Virus record (IMG/VR): IMGVR_UViG_3300032805_000003
Location: 1-64,000 of that record
Strand: one strand, 5' to 3'
DNA from: a virus
DNA: 64,000 nt
Every line of letters starts with the position of its first letter. Within the stretch, counting starts at the first letter, position 1. This document shows, piece after piece, positions 18,373 to 27,390 of the stretch. Made by a program: the position numbers and the translations under genes. The notes beneath the pieces are model-generated. The model made no database searches. It saw only the letters and a list, made by a program, of their open reading frames with translations, and was not told where the DNA came from.

Positions 18373-18799
18373 TCAGGTCCTCCAGTGCTTGACGTAGTTT
18401 GGTCGCGCGGGTTTCTGCCTGTGCGCGCAGCTTGGCCAGGTGCTCGTCCCACGGGCCGGCGAGATGGTTGAAATTCGTTGTCGGGCCTTCGTTACCGAGC
18501 AGGTCGCCGCACAAGCACCGGCCGGTGATGTCGGTGTTGTCCGGGTCGCCGGTGAACTCGATGATCAGCGCGTGCCCGTCCAGCCAGGTTCCGGTCACCG
18601 GCTCGCCGGTCAGCTTGCCGAGCTCGGCGGCTGTCGCCAGGATCGCGGCCGCGGCCTGGCGGGGGTCTTGGGTGTTGTGCCAGAACAAGCTGGCGTGACC
18701 GAATCGGGTTGTCGCATGCGGCCGGCCCTGTTCGTCGAGCCACGCATGCCCGAACGCTGGGTCGGTGATGTCTCCGCTGACGGTGAAATCGCCTGCCAT
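18365..18799 (-). CDS. Hypothetical protein
   Basis: AAAGGA RBS. Confidence 0.65.
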   Translation of the reverse strand: MAGDFTVSGDITDPAFGHAWLDEQGRPHATTRFGHASLFWHNTQDPRQAAAAILATAAELGKLTGEPVTGTWLDGHALIIEFTGDPDNTDITGRCLCGDLLGNEGPTTNFNHLAGPWDEHLAKLRAQAETRATKLRQALEDLNG

Positions 18800-18813
18800 A
18801 ACAGGTTGTCCTT

Positions 18814-19917
18814 TCAGAACAAGGTCGGGATCTGGTCGTCCTGGTTGCCGATCAGCCGGTCGACGTCGGCCAGGAAACTGGCAGCACGATCAGGGCTCAT
18901 GCCAGTTCCGGCGGCCAGCCGGCGACTGCGGACGTCAGCGGCTGCGGCGGGCGTGCGCGCAGGCTGGCGCCTGGTCTGGCGGGCTGGATGTTCGGGCGGC
19001 TGTACGTCGGGCCAGTCAGGTACGAACAGCACCCCGTCTTCGGCGGCCGGCGGCTGTTCTGGCGGCAACGCAGGCTCGCGCTCGGTCTCAGCGGGCGGGT
19101 CGTCGCCGCGAAGCAAGGCGAACATCCGTGCGATCCGGACCGTTGCCGCGTGCTGTTCGACTGCTGTTTTCTGTTCGTCCCAAGCGCGGACGTACCAGTC
19201 TGGTTCGGCCAAGCTGTCAGCACAGCCGATCACCACACGCCGGCCCAGTTGCCAGAGATGGACGTTCACGCACAACCCGGCGACTGACACCGGCGAGATG
19301 TCGTTGCCGTACCACCAGAAGTCGGCCGGGTCTTCGCCGCCGCCGCGGAGAGCTTCAGCAGCGCCGTAGAACATTCCGCCGGTGCCTGCGCACGGGTCGC
19401 AGATCGACTGTCCGCGCTCGGCTTTAGTGCCCGTCAGCGTCATCTCGGCCATCGTCCGGCAGACACTGAGCGGGGTGTAGAACTCGCCGCGCGCTTGCCG
19501 GGCTTTCGTCGACCGGGCGCCGAGCGTGTAGACCGTGCCGATCACGTCTTGATCGCCGTACCGGCCGGTCCATAGCCCGGCTTTGATAGCAGCGCGGGCG
19601 ACTTGCGCGGCCGCCCGCACCCGCTGATGGTCACGCGGTTCGGCGTTCAGCCAGCTGGCGAACGGGCCGCAACGGAACGCCAGCTCGGGCCGGATCGCCC
19701 AGAATGTCGCCCACGCTTGCGCGAGCAAGTCCGCGATCTGGTCGTCAGCCGCGCCGGCGACCAGCGTCTCGGCTTGCTTGGCTTCCGGGCCGATATACGA
19801 CGGCCAGACCAGCAGGCACAAGCCGGCGATCACACCGACCATCTCGGCGTCGTCACCGGGTCGCCCGGCCCCGTACCAGGTTTCAGCGACCCGTTCAGCT
19901 AGTCGCGCGACGCTCAT
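18814..19917 (-). CDS. N6 DNA methyltransferase-like (HsdM-type SAM-binding) protein
   Basis: GEFYTP, ICDPCAGTGGMF, YGNDI; no NPPF/DPPY motif seen. Confidence 0.75.
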   Translation of the reverse strand: MSVARLAERVAETWYGAGRPGDDAEMVGVIAGLCLLVWPSYIGPEAKQAETLVAGAADDQIADLLAQAWATFWAIRPELAFRCGPFASWLNAEPRDHQRVRAAAQVARAAIKAGLWTGRYGDQDVIGTVYTLGARSTKARQARGEFYTPLSVCRTMAEMTLTGTKAERGQSICDPCAGTGGMFYGAAEALRGGGEDPADFWWYGNDISPVSVAGLCVNVHLWQLGRRVVIGCADSLAEPDWYVRAWDEQKTAVEQHAATVRIARMFALLRGDDPPAETEREPALPPEQPPAAEDGVLFVPDWPDVQPPEHPARQTRRQPARTPAAAADVRSRRLAAGTGMSPDRAASFLADVDRLIGNQDDQIPTLF

Positions 19918-19932
19918 CAGGTGATCTTCCTT

Positions 19933-20184
19933 TCAGAACAAGGTCAGGGCGGCTTGGGTGGTCAAGGTGGCCGGGTCGAGGCCGCGGGACTCGGCGAACT
20001 GGCGGCCGAGCTCGCCGTCCGGGTCGACCAGCTCGGCGGTGTTCTCCAGCGCTTGCTGGATGCCTTTGCCGTGGTTCCGGCCACCGCAGATGCAGTCGCA
20101 ATCTGGTTCGCTGGCGTCGTAGCATTTGGCGTCGCATCTGCCGACGCAACCTTCGCTGGTGTAGACCGCGATCAGCGTTGTCAC
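19933..20184 (-). CDS. Cys-rich small protein
   Basis: CDAKCYDA...CDCICGGRNHG. Confidence 0.7.
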   Translation of the reverse strand: MTTLIAVYTSEGCVGRCDAKCYDASEPDCDCICGGRNHGKGIQQALENTAELVDPDGELGRQFAESRGLDPATLTTQAALTLF

Positions 20185-20513
20185 AGGGCACCGTCCGGGA
20201 ACAGGCCCAACTGGACGTCAGACGACGCGGTGATCGCGGGCGGCAGGGCCAGCAGGCGACGCAGATCGCCAGCGCACCGGCGGCACATCGCAACCCGGTC
20301 TCCCGGGTCGCCGTGAGACGGAGTCAGTTCGACCGGGATCGCCTCGAGCGGGGCGTCGGCCTCCTTCGCTGAACATCTGCCCCATTCCATCGGGCCGCGG
20401 TGCTTGCGACCGCACCAGCCGGCGCACACACACGTCCCGAACGCTGCCCGGGCGACCGCGCGGCGCTGTTCCTCTGTGACCGGCGCGTCAAGCATCGACG
20501 GCCTCGCATTCAC
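20181..20513 (-). CDS. Cys-rich HNH-like protein
   Basis: CVCAGWCGRKH...AMCRRC; QLGLF near C-terminus. Confidence 0.55.
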   Translation of the reverse strand: MNARPSMLDAPVTEEQRRAVARAAFGTCVCAGWCGRKHRGPMEWGRCSAKEADAPLEAIPVELTPSHGDPGDRVAMCRRCAGDLRRLLALPPAITASSDVQLGLFPDGAL

Positions 20514-20874
20514 GGCAGATCCAGCCGTTCGGGCTGCCGGGGTCTATCCGGCACGTCCGGCGCTGTTCGCAGACCCAGCAGACCTGGTTGCGTTTGCGCT
20601 CGGGCTCGGGAGACGGCGCCGGGGCGGGCTGCGCGGCCGCTGGCGGGCCGGGCAGCGGAACCATGTCGCGTCGCCCGGCCATCACCGCCCGGACGCCAGC
20701 GTCGCGCTCAGCGATCACAGTCGTGTACGCCTCCGGTTCTGGCGCCGGGGCGTCAGATTGCCGCAGCATCGGACCGAACGCAGCCAGACAGCCGTGGCAC
20801 GGCTGGCGCGGGTCGTCGGTCACGTTGTTGCAGCCCGGTAGCGGGCACGTCGGGAACAAGCTGAGCGCGGTCAC
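20488..20874 (-). CDS. Zn-finger hypothetical protein
   Basis: Multiple CxxC; KRNQVCWVCEQRRTC. Confidence 0.7.
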   Translation of the reverse strand: MTALSLFPTCPLPGCNNVTDDPRQPCHGCLAAFGPMLRQSDAPAPEPEAYTTVIAERDAGVRAVMAGRRDMVPLPGPPAAAQPAPAPSPEPERKRNQVCWVCEQRRTCRIDPGSPNGWICRECEAVDA

Positions 20875-20888
20875 TGGGCACCCGTCGT

Positions 20889-22382
20889 CTACTCGCCGTC
20901 GCCGTCGTCGCCCGGCTCCGGGTCAGTCTCGGCGGCGCTGGCGGCTGCCTGGCCGGCGAGCATCGCAGCCTGCTTCGCCCGGGCTTTCGCGGGCCCGTCG
21001 ATGACCAGCTGTTCGATCTCGGACGGCTCGTACCCCCAGGCCTTGAGCGCGGTGAAGTACCGGCACGACCATGAATCCTGTTCGCGGTAACGCTCTTCAG
21101 CGCGCCGCCAGATGTGCACGTCAGTCCAGTTCTCGTACGCGCCGAGGATCAACGCCAGCAAGATGACCTGCTGGCGGCCGGGGCGGGCTTTCGCCAGCAT
21201 GTCGCACAGCCCGTCGACGGACGTCTTGCCGTAGTTGACGCTGGTGTCGACTTTGAAGCCGAGCAGATCTTGCGCGCCTTTCCAGCCGTTTTCCATCTGT
21301 TTCACCAGCGTGAAATCGCCGCGCACCAGTTCGCTGATGATCCACGGCAGCGCGTCATCCGGCGGGGTCTGGCGGCCCAGGAATTCGCGCAGCCAGGTAC
21401 GCCGGACTTTCTCTGCGGACCGCCAGGCTTTGTTGCCGGCCAGGACTTGCTTGCGTTCGGTTTTCTCGTTGTCGGACATGGCGCCAGCTCCGGCGCCCCG
21501 GATCCGCTTGTGCCCGTTCGCCTTCGGGTCGGTGCAGAAATAGACCGCCTCGTATTTGGCTCCGCCGCCCCAGCCGCGCCGGTTCAGGTACGCCGCATGG
21601 CCCGGGCACTTCCGGTGCGTCTTTTCAGTCAACGGCTGGCCGGCGTCGTCGAGCAGGTTCTCCAGCTTCGGAGGATGATCCCAGCCGGGGAAATGCGTGA
21701 CCTTGATCCCTCGCTTCTCCAGTTTGGCCGCCAGCGCGGCTTGCTCTGCCTGATCGTCGCGCTGGTCCCGAAGCCGCTGCAGCTGGTGCGCGAACTGGCC
21801 CGGGCTTTCCGCAGCCGCCCGGGTCAGCTGGGCGACGGCGTCATTGTCGCCGTCGAATTCGGCGATCCCGGCCGCCTGATCCAGCGTCAAGGTGACGACT
21901 TTCGCCGAGGCGGCGACCGCAGCCGGCGACCCGACGATGGCCTGCGCCGCGGCGACCTGCTTCTTGTCCAGCCGGGTCTTGCGCTGTACCTGCTGTACGT
22001 CCAGGCCCAAATCGAGCAGCTGCTGGACGACGCCGGCTGTTTCGACGACGGTCAGGTCTTTCCGGTGGGTGTTCTCGTCGAACTGGGCGAGGATCCGGCC
22101 GGCTTCGCCGGTGCCGTCGTCGACGCCGGCGACGACCATCACCGGCACGGTCGGCTGGCCGGCCTGAATCGCGGCGGCGCGGCGCCGGTGGCCGTACCGG
22201 ATCCGGATTTCTCCGATGTCGGTGCGGATGGCGACCAGCGGGACCAGCACACCGTGTTCTTTCACGCTGGCTAGCAGGCCGTCGTCGATGTCTTCGTCGC
22301 GGATGTTCTTGTCGGCCAGCAGGCTGGCCGGGTCCAGGTGTTCAAGGGTCGCGGCCGGGGCGGCGGCAGTGTCGGTGGTCAT
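20889..22382 (-). CDS. parB: ParB-like protein
   Basis: ASVKEHGVLVPL...YGHRRRAAA...ENTHRKDL. Confidence 0.88.
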   Translation of the reverse strand: MTTDTAAAPAATLEHLDPASLLADKNIRDEDIDDGLLASVKEHGVLVPLVAIRTDIGEIRIRYGHRRRAAAIQAGQPTVPVMVVAGVDDGTGEAGRILAQFDENTHRKDLTVVETAGVVQQLLDLGLDVQQVQRKTRLDKKQVAAAQAIVGSPAAVAASAKVVTLTLDQAAGIAEFDGDNDAVAQLTRAAAESPGQFAHQLQRLRDQRDDQAEQAALAAKLEKRGIKVTHFPGWDHPPKLENLLDDAGQPLTEKTHRKCPGHAAYLNRRGWGGGAKYEAVYFCTDPKANGHKRIRGAGAGAMSDNEKTERKQVLAGNKAWRSAEKVRRTWLREFLGRQTPPDDALPWIISELVRGDFTLVKQMENGWKGAQDLLGFKVDTSVNYGKTSVDGLCDMLAKARPGRQQVILLALILGAYENWTDVHIWRRAEERYREQDSWSCRYFTALKAWGYEPSEIEQLVIDGPAKARAKQAAMLAGQAAASAAETDPEPGDDGDGE

Positions 22383-22431
22383 TGCTGTGTGGTTCCTCCT
22401 TGTTTGTTTCAGCCCAAGGCGTCAGCCTCGG

Positions 22432-22740
22432 CTAAAGGTCGTCTTCGTCGGGCTGGTATTCGGCTGGGTCGCTGGCTTTGTCAGCTTCGTAGGCGGCGAC
22501 GAACTCGCTTACCCCGCGTTCGACATCCCGCAAGCTGTCGAACGTTCCCCTGAGAGACGGGTGCCTCACCGGCAAGCCGGCGACGGCTGGCTTGCGATCA
22601 TCGGTCAGATAGACGTGGCCGCCGGGTCCGTCCCACACCAGGAACAGATGGTCGGTGTCCGGCAGCGGACCCCATTTCTGCATGCCGAACGCCAGCGGCT
22701 GGCGAGGCACTTTGCGGGTTGTAGCGGTCAGATCAGCCAT
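22432..22740 (-). CDS. Hypothetical protein
   Basis: Overlap-coupled; GAGGAAG RBS. Confidence 0.6.
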   Translation of the reverse strand: MADLTATTRKVPRQPLAFGMQKWGPLPDTDHLFLVWDGPGGHVYLTDDRKPAVAGLPVRHPSLRGTFDSLRDVERGVSEFVAAYEADKASDPAEYQPDEDDL

Positions 22741-23035
22741 GGGGGTTGCGCTTCCTCTGGTTGCAGATCGGACAGCGGCGGGACGCGCCGCCTTGTCGCT
22801 TCAGCTGGCGTTCGCGGGCCCGGCCGCCGGGCCAGGTCCGGGCTAGCTGGAAGCCGATGCCGTTGGCGGCGACGACGGCCATCAGCCGGGCACCGTTGCC
22901 GGCGGCGTGCGCGGCGAGGCGCGCGGGCAAGTCGTTGGTCCAGCCGGTGTAATGCTTGGCGATGCCGCGATCGTTCGGGCCGCCGCCGGGGCCGTAGGGC
23001 CGGTCAAAATGCAGCAGGTACACAGTCCCGCTCAT
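22733..23035 (-). CDS. GIY-YIG-like endonuclease
   Basis: VYLLHF...HYTGWTNDLPARLAAH..GNGARL...ERQLK. Confidence 0.78.
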   Translation of the reverse strand: MSGTVYLLHFDRPYGPGGGPNDRGIAKHYTGWTNDLPARLAAHAAGNGARLMAVVAANGIGFQLARTWPGGRARERQLKRQGGASRRCPICNQRKRNPHG

Positions 23036-23316
23036 GCAAGCCTCGCTTGGGCTTCGTCGTCGTCGGGTTCCAGGTCTTCCGGCGCCGGGCCGTGTTCAGC
23101 CAGCGCGCGGTGCAGGGCTGCCTCAGCCCAATCCGCTCGAGGTTCGCCGCGGATGTACTCCCGCAACGGCTTCGGGGTGTTGCTGTAAGGGCGCCAGGCT
23201 GGCTGGTAGGCGTCCGGGTCGCCGTGTCGGGCTCGCCGGCGGGCGTCCGCCGGATCTGGTGAGCAGACGTCGCCGCGGAGCGCCAGGATCCGGGGACGAC
23301 GCGTTCCGGCGGTCAT
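23032..23316 (-). CDS. Hypothetical protein
   Basis: ATGA coupling on both sides. Confidence 0.55.
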   Translation of the reverse strand: MTAGTRRPRILALRGDVCSPDPADARRRARHGDPDAYQPAWRPYSNTPKPLREYIRGEPRADWAEAALHRALAEHGPAPEDLEPDDDEAQARLA

Positions 23317-24230
23317 CGGATGCTGCCTTGAGCCGTCAGGCCAGCCTTGTACCGTTCGACCGTGCGCTTGGTGACACCGAGGCGGCTGGCCGCGTCGGCG
23401 GCGGTGACGTGCACTGGCGGCGCAGAGTCGGAGCCGTGGTGCATCGGCAAGCTGGCGACGACTCGCAACCGTTCTTCACGGGCACTCGGCGGCGGTTCGT
23501 CAGCGGGCAACCGCTCGCCTCGTTCGTCGGCGCGGATCACGTACTCCCAGCATTCGCCGCACGCGACTTTGCTGTTTTTGCCAGCGCGGTCCCGGCCGTA
23601 CTTGACGGAGCCGTGGCCGGCCAGCTGGCAGCGCAGCCGGGCCTGGTCGGCGAGCGGGTGACTGTAGGCGAAATGGTCGGCGGAGACGCTGGCCATCGGC
23701 CGGCCCGGCTTCCCGTGACTGCGAGCACGCTTGCGGTGTTCCCGGACTGCCCCGACCGCGTCGGCTGCGCTGACGCGGCCGTCGCGGATCAACTGGCGGG
23801 ACGACTCGTCCAGATCGAGCAGCGACAAGTAGTAGGACACTGTCGACGGAGTCAGGCCGATCGACCGGGCGATATCTGATGCGGACATGCCGCGGCGACG
23901 CAGCTTGCCCATCGCCTCAGCTTTCTCGATCGGGTTCAAGCCGGATCGCTGGCAGGCGGTGATCAGCATGATCTCGATTGCTTTCGCTCCGGCTGCTGCG
24001 CGCACGGTGACCGGGAATTCGGTCACCCCGGCGAGTTTGCCGGCTGCCAGCCGGCGGTGCCCGTCGACGACCTGGAACGCGCCGCGTTCAGTCGGATGCG
24101 GCTGGACGGTCAGATCTTGCAAGATGCCGTGCGACCGGATCGACGCAGCCAGCCCTTCCAGGTCGTCGAGTTCTTCGCGGATGTTGGCGGGGTGCTCGCG
24201 CAGCCGCGAGACGTGGACGTAGTCAGGCAT
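23313..24230 (-). CDS. parB: ParB-like protein (second copy) with C-terminal HTH
   Basis: LAASIRSHGILQDL...VVDGHRRLAA; LNPIEKAEA; HTH. Confidence 0.88.
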   Translation of the reverse strand: MPDYVHVSRLREHPANIREELDDLEGLAASIRSHGILQDLTVQPHPTERGAFQVVDGHRRLAAGKLAGVTEFPVTVRAAAGAKAIEIMLITACQRSGLNPIEKAEAMGKLRRRGMSASDIARSIGLTPSTVSYYLSLLDLDESSRQLIRDGRVSAADAVGAVREHRKRARSHGKPGRPMASVSADHFAYSHPLADQARLRCQLAGHGSVKYGRDRAGKNSKVACGECWEYVIRADERGERLPADEPPPSAREERLRVVASLPMHHGSDSAPPVHVTAADAASRLGVTKRTVERYKAGLTAQGSIR

Positions 24231-24849
24231 CGGCCGGCTCTTTCTCGTTCTCTGCGGGGGCAGCGGGTTCGGCCAGGTCGCGGGTGCCGGTGCACCAGTG
24301 CGAGCCGTTCCGGCCCGGGTGCGTCCAGCCGGGGCACGTCTGGCCGCCGCATTCGCATTTGCGCAACTTGCTGCCGCACCGGCACACGACGTCCGGGTTC
24401 GGGTCAGTCTGGGAGATGTCGAACACGTAGGCGATCTTGAAGCGCTGGCGCGACCGGGCGCTGTCCTCCCCCGCCTCGGCGGGTTCAGGTTCGGAGAACT
24501 CGGTCACCGGCGCGTCACCGTTCTCGCGGTAAGAACCAGCCGGGGCGAGGATCTTGATTCCCCATTCCCCCGGGGCTACGTCGGGCGGGCGTTTGCGGAC
24601 GCACCGGCCACGGTCCAGCCAGGCCCGGAACCCGTCGACGTCTGTCGCGTCCGGGTACTGCATCGCGATCAGCATCGCGTTCCGTTCGCTGTAGCCGTCG
24701 AACCGGGCCAGTGCCGCGGCGATCAACGCCGGGTCAGCGCCTTCCTGCCATTCAGCGAGCCGGTCCCGCAAGGCGGTGACCTGCTGGCGGCGCTGTTCAG
24801 CGAACACAGCCCGGTCTTCCCGGCTCCGGACCTTCGGGCGTGTTTTCAC
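24223..24849 (-). CDS. ArdC-like N-terminal ssDNA-binding domain protein
   Basis: YSERNAMLIAMQ.P.AT.V.GFRAW..GR.VRK...IKILAP...VFDISQT. Confidence 0.8.
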   Translation of the reverse strand: MKTRPKVRSREDRAVFAEQRRQQVTALRDRLAEWQEGADPALIAAALARFDGYSERNAMLIAMQYPDATDVDGFRAWLDRGRCVRKRPPDVAPGEWGIKILAPAGSYRENGDAPVTEFSEPEPAEAGEDSARSRQRFKIAYVFDISQTDPNPDVVCRCGSKLRKCECGGQTCPGWTHPGRNGSHWCTGTRDLAEPAAPAENEKEPADA

Positions 24850-25436
24850 CGGGCACCTGCCCAGATGCGTCGCACCGTCTCGGCCCGGTTCTCGTTCACA
24901 CCGGGCATATGCGGGCGCGGGAAAGGCGGCAAGACAGCGTCCGGGCCGCCGGCGTCCAGCGCGGCCGCGGCGGCAGCCGCCCAGTCATGGCGCGGGCCCG
25001 GGCCGTGGATCCGGCGCGACCAGTCCATCACCGCGAGCGCGCCCGCGCTGGCCGACTGCCCGGCAGCCTGATAGCCGGCTAGCTTGCTGGCGACCCAGGC
25101 CAGGTCGTGACCGGAGACATCCGGATCAGCCCAGCCTTCCAGGATCTTGTCCAGCGTCCGGTAGTAGGCCGGGCCGGTGGCCCAGTTGCCGTCCTGGTAG
25201 CGGGTGTCCGGGTCGGGCGGGACGACGCCGAGGACTCGCACCAGCCCGCCCTGAACTCGGCTATGAACCCGGGGGGCGGTGGCGTAGATCTCGCCGGTGG
25301 CCTGCACGTAGGAGACCCGCCAGCGGGGCCAGTCGTGGCCTTTGACGGTCCAGTTGACGCCGTAGTCGGCTTCGCCGGACAGCATCCGGTCCTTGTTCGC
25401 GTTGTAGAACTCGCCGAGCGAGGGATAGGTCTGCAC
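24846..25436 (-). CDS. Hypothetical protein
   Basis: GGGAG RBS; EADYGVNW..WRVSYVQATGEIYA. Confidence 0.65.
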   Translation of the reverse strand: MQTYPSLGEFYNANKDRMLSGEADYGVNWTVKGHDWPRWRVSYVQATGEIYATAPRVHSRVQGGLVRVLGVVPPDPDTRYQDGNWATGPAYYRTLDKILEGWADPDVSGHDLAWVASKLAGYQAAGQSASAGALAVMDWSRRIHGPGPRHDWAAAAAAALDAGGPDAVLPPFPRPHMPGVNENRAETVRRIWAGAR

Positions 25437-25458
25437 GGAGTTGCGCTCCCTTGTCTGG

Positions 25459-26148
25459 TCAGTGATCTGGGTTGTAAAGGTCGAACAGTGCAGCCTGGTT
25501 GTTGACGGCTTGCTGCCAGCCGAGCACCACCGGCAGGTACCGGTCGGGCTGGCGGGTCTGGACGAGGTAAGTTCCGTCAGCGGTGTCGCATCCGATCGCC
25601 TCGGCGTACTTGAGCCGTCTGAAGGAGTTCACCCGGCCCATGTGGACGGCCTTGCCGCGTGTCTTCGCCTCAGCGACCAGACGGCGGGCAGCTGGCCCGA
25701 GCTTCCACGCGTCGTCGCCGCCGACGAACAAGACATCAAAGTCGTCCCACGGCACGATCAGGTCTTCGAGCCCGTTCTGGGCGACCAGCGCGGCCGGATA
25801 GCCGATATGCCGGATCCAGTCGAGCATGCGCGCAGACCGCTGGAGGGTGGCTGCGGCGTCGTACAAGACGTCGGGGGCGACAGCGAAGAACGCGCCGCTG
25901 GTGTCCGGATCGCAGAAGTCCGACCCTTCGGCTGCCCACAAGTCCTGTAGCAGCCCCAGGTACTTTTCGTCACCCGGGTATCCGGCGCCTGCGCGGCCGT
26001 CTTTCCCTGGCCCGCAGCTGTTGTCGACGCACCACAGCGCACCGTCGGGCAGCTTGTTGCCTGCTCGCGGAGTGATGATGCAAGCGAGCGATCCAGCGGC
26101 CATGGCCGCGCGGACCCCCGGGGTTGAGGGGTTAGCGAAGTACAGCAT
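25459..26148 (-). CDS. TGT/DpdA-like base-exchange enzyme
   Basis: VDNS, APDV, VAQNG, LFVGG, VHMGRVN, GCDTADGT occur in TGT-barrel order. Confidence 0.7.
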   Translation of the reverse strand: MLYFANPSTPGVRAAMAAGSLACIITPRAGNKLPDGALWCVDNSCGPGKDGRAGAGYPGDEKYLGLLQDLWAAEGSDFCDPDTSGAFFAVAPDVLYDAAATLQRSARMLDWIRHIGYPAALVAQNGLEDLIVPWDDFDVLFVGGDDAWKLGPAARRLVAEAKTRGKAVHMGRVNSFRRLKYAEAIGCDTADGTYLVQTRQPDRYLPVVLGWQQAVNNQAALFDLYNPDH

Positions 26149-26410
26149 CGGGTGCTCCGTCTTGAACTTCCACCGACCAGCGGCCGGTGTGCCAGCGGGT
26201 GGTGACCGTGCCGCCGGCTGGAAGAAGCGCGGCGATCCCGGCGGTGTAGTCCTCATGGCTGATGGGCTCGGCAGACAGCCCGTCGATTTGGGCGCCGAAG
26301 GCGTGCAGTTCCGGCGCCGGGCCCGCCAGCGTGATCACGACTTCGCCGTGGTCGGTTTCGGGCTTGTACGGGCACTGCTTCACGACAGCGGTTCGCAGGA
26401 TGGTTTTCAC
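26132..26410 (-). CDS. QueF-like T-fold protein
   Basis: CP.KPETDHG.V.I...E......ISHEDY matches the QueF CP...PD..I....E....HE pattern. Confidence 0.62.
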   Translation of the reverse strand: MKTILRTAVVKQCPYKPETDHGEVVITLAGPAPELHAFGAQIDGLSAEPISHEDYTAGIAALLPAGGTVTTRWHTGRWSVEVQDGAPDAVLR

Positions 26411-26745
26411 CGGACGCCTCCGTGCCAGACGGTCCGGTCGACGTCGTCGGCCAGGTCCGGGCGGATCAGCCGCAGCCGGGTGTGCAGCCGGCGGTACTCG
26501 CCCAGCAGTTCGGCAGCGTCGGCTTCTGCCTGCTCGGTTTCAGCCTGGTAGGTGGCCCGGTTGGTGGTCGCCCAGCCGCGTTCCCGCTCGTTCTCGGGCA
26601 ACGGCCTGGCCAGCATTCGGGTCAGCTGGGTCCGGCGGGCTGCGGCGCGGGTTTGCGCCATCCGGGCGTCGTAACCGGCGGCGAGCGCTTCGTTCGCCAG
26701 CGACAGTGAGGACACCACCAGCCGGTCCACATTTATCAACGTCAT
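26407..26745 (-). CDS. Hypothetical protein (likely leaderless)
   Basis: ATG 7 nt after the TAGGCT -10 element. Confidence 0.6.
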   Translation of the reverse strand: MTLINVDRLVVSSLSLANEALAAGYDARMAQTRAAARRTQLTRMLARPLPENERERGWATTNRATYQAETEQAEADAAELLGEYRRLHTRLRLIRPDLADDVDRTVWHGGVR

Positions 26746-26790
26746 GTTGGCCAGCCTATAGCGTCCCGGAAACCTTGGCAACACGTATTT
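26746..26790 (-). promoter_or_regulatory. Conserved phage promoter copy
   Basis: ACGTG-TTGCCA-AGGTT..17..TAGGCT. Confidence 0.7.
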
Positions 26791-27043
26791 GCAGTGCCTC
26801 GATCGCCTGGTTCTGCTCGGCCTGAATCTGCTGGCAGCGCTCGCACCGTTTCGCGTGAGCGATCATCATGAGCACCGCTGCCGGGGTCACATCCGGCGAC
26901 AACCCCGGCAGCGGCACCGCCCGCCGCAACCCCGGCAACACGGTCACCGCACGGCGCAACGACGCCGCCTCGACGCCGCACAACCCCCGGATGACCGCAC
27001 CCTTCGGCTGGTCGACGATCCGCAGCGGAAGCTCGCCTTTCAC
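26756..27043 (-). CDS. Hypothetical protein
   Basis: GTGA coupling; CERC. Confidence 0.5.
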   Translation of the reverse strand: MKGELPLRIVDQPKGAVIRGLCGVEAASLRRAVTVLPGLRRAVPLPGLSPDVTPAAVLMMIAHAKRCERCQQIQAEQNQAIEALQIRVAKVSGTL

Positions 27044-27390
27044 GACTCACCGCCGTCCAGCACGGCAGCGACAGCACGGCCGAAGTAGATGAACGGCGGA
27101 TGCTTGCGACCGAGGTCACCGAGGCCCTGGCGGATGCGCTCGCGTTCAGCTGCGGTTCCTTCGCTGACGCCTTGCAGGTAGCCCAGGTCGCGGGCGTGCC
27201 CGGGTTCGGTGACGGTGATGAGCGGCGCGGCGGCAACAGCGGCGCGGCGGCCGGCTTCCAGGAGGACTCCCAGCAGCGCAGACGGGTTTCGCATGAGCAA
27301 CGCCGTCGCTTCAGGTTCGTAAGCCTGAAGCGCGACGGCGATAGCGGTGCAGGCGGCGGCGGGTATGGCCTCGGCCGGGATGCCGGTCAT
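27040..27390 (-). CDS. Hypothetical protein
   Basis: ATGA coupling; AERERI motif. Confidence 0.6.
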   Translation of the reverse strand: MTGIPAEAIPAAACTAIAVALQAYEPEATALLMRNPSALLGVLLEAGRRAAVAAAPLITVTEPGHARDLGYLQGVSEGTAAERERIRQGLGDLGRKHPPFIYFGRAVAAVLDGGES

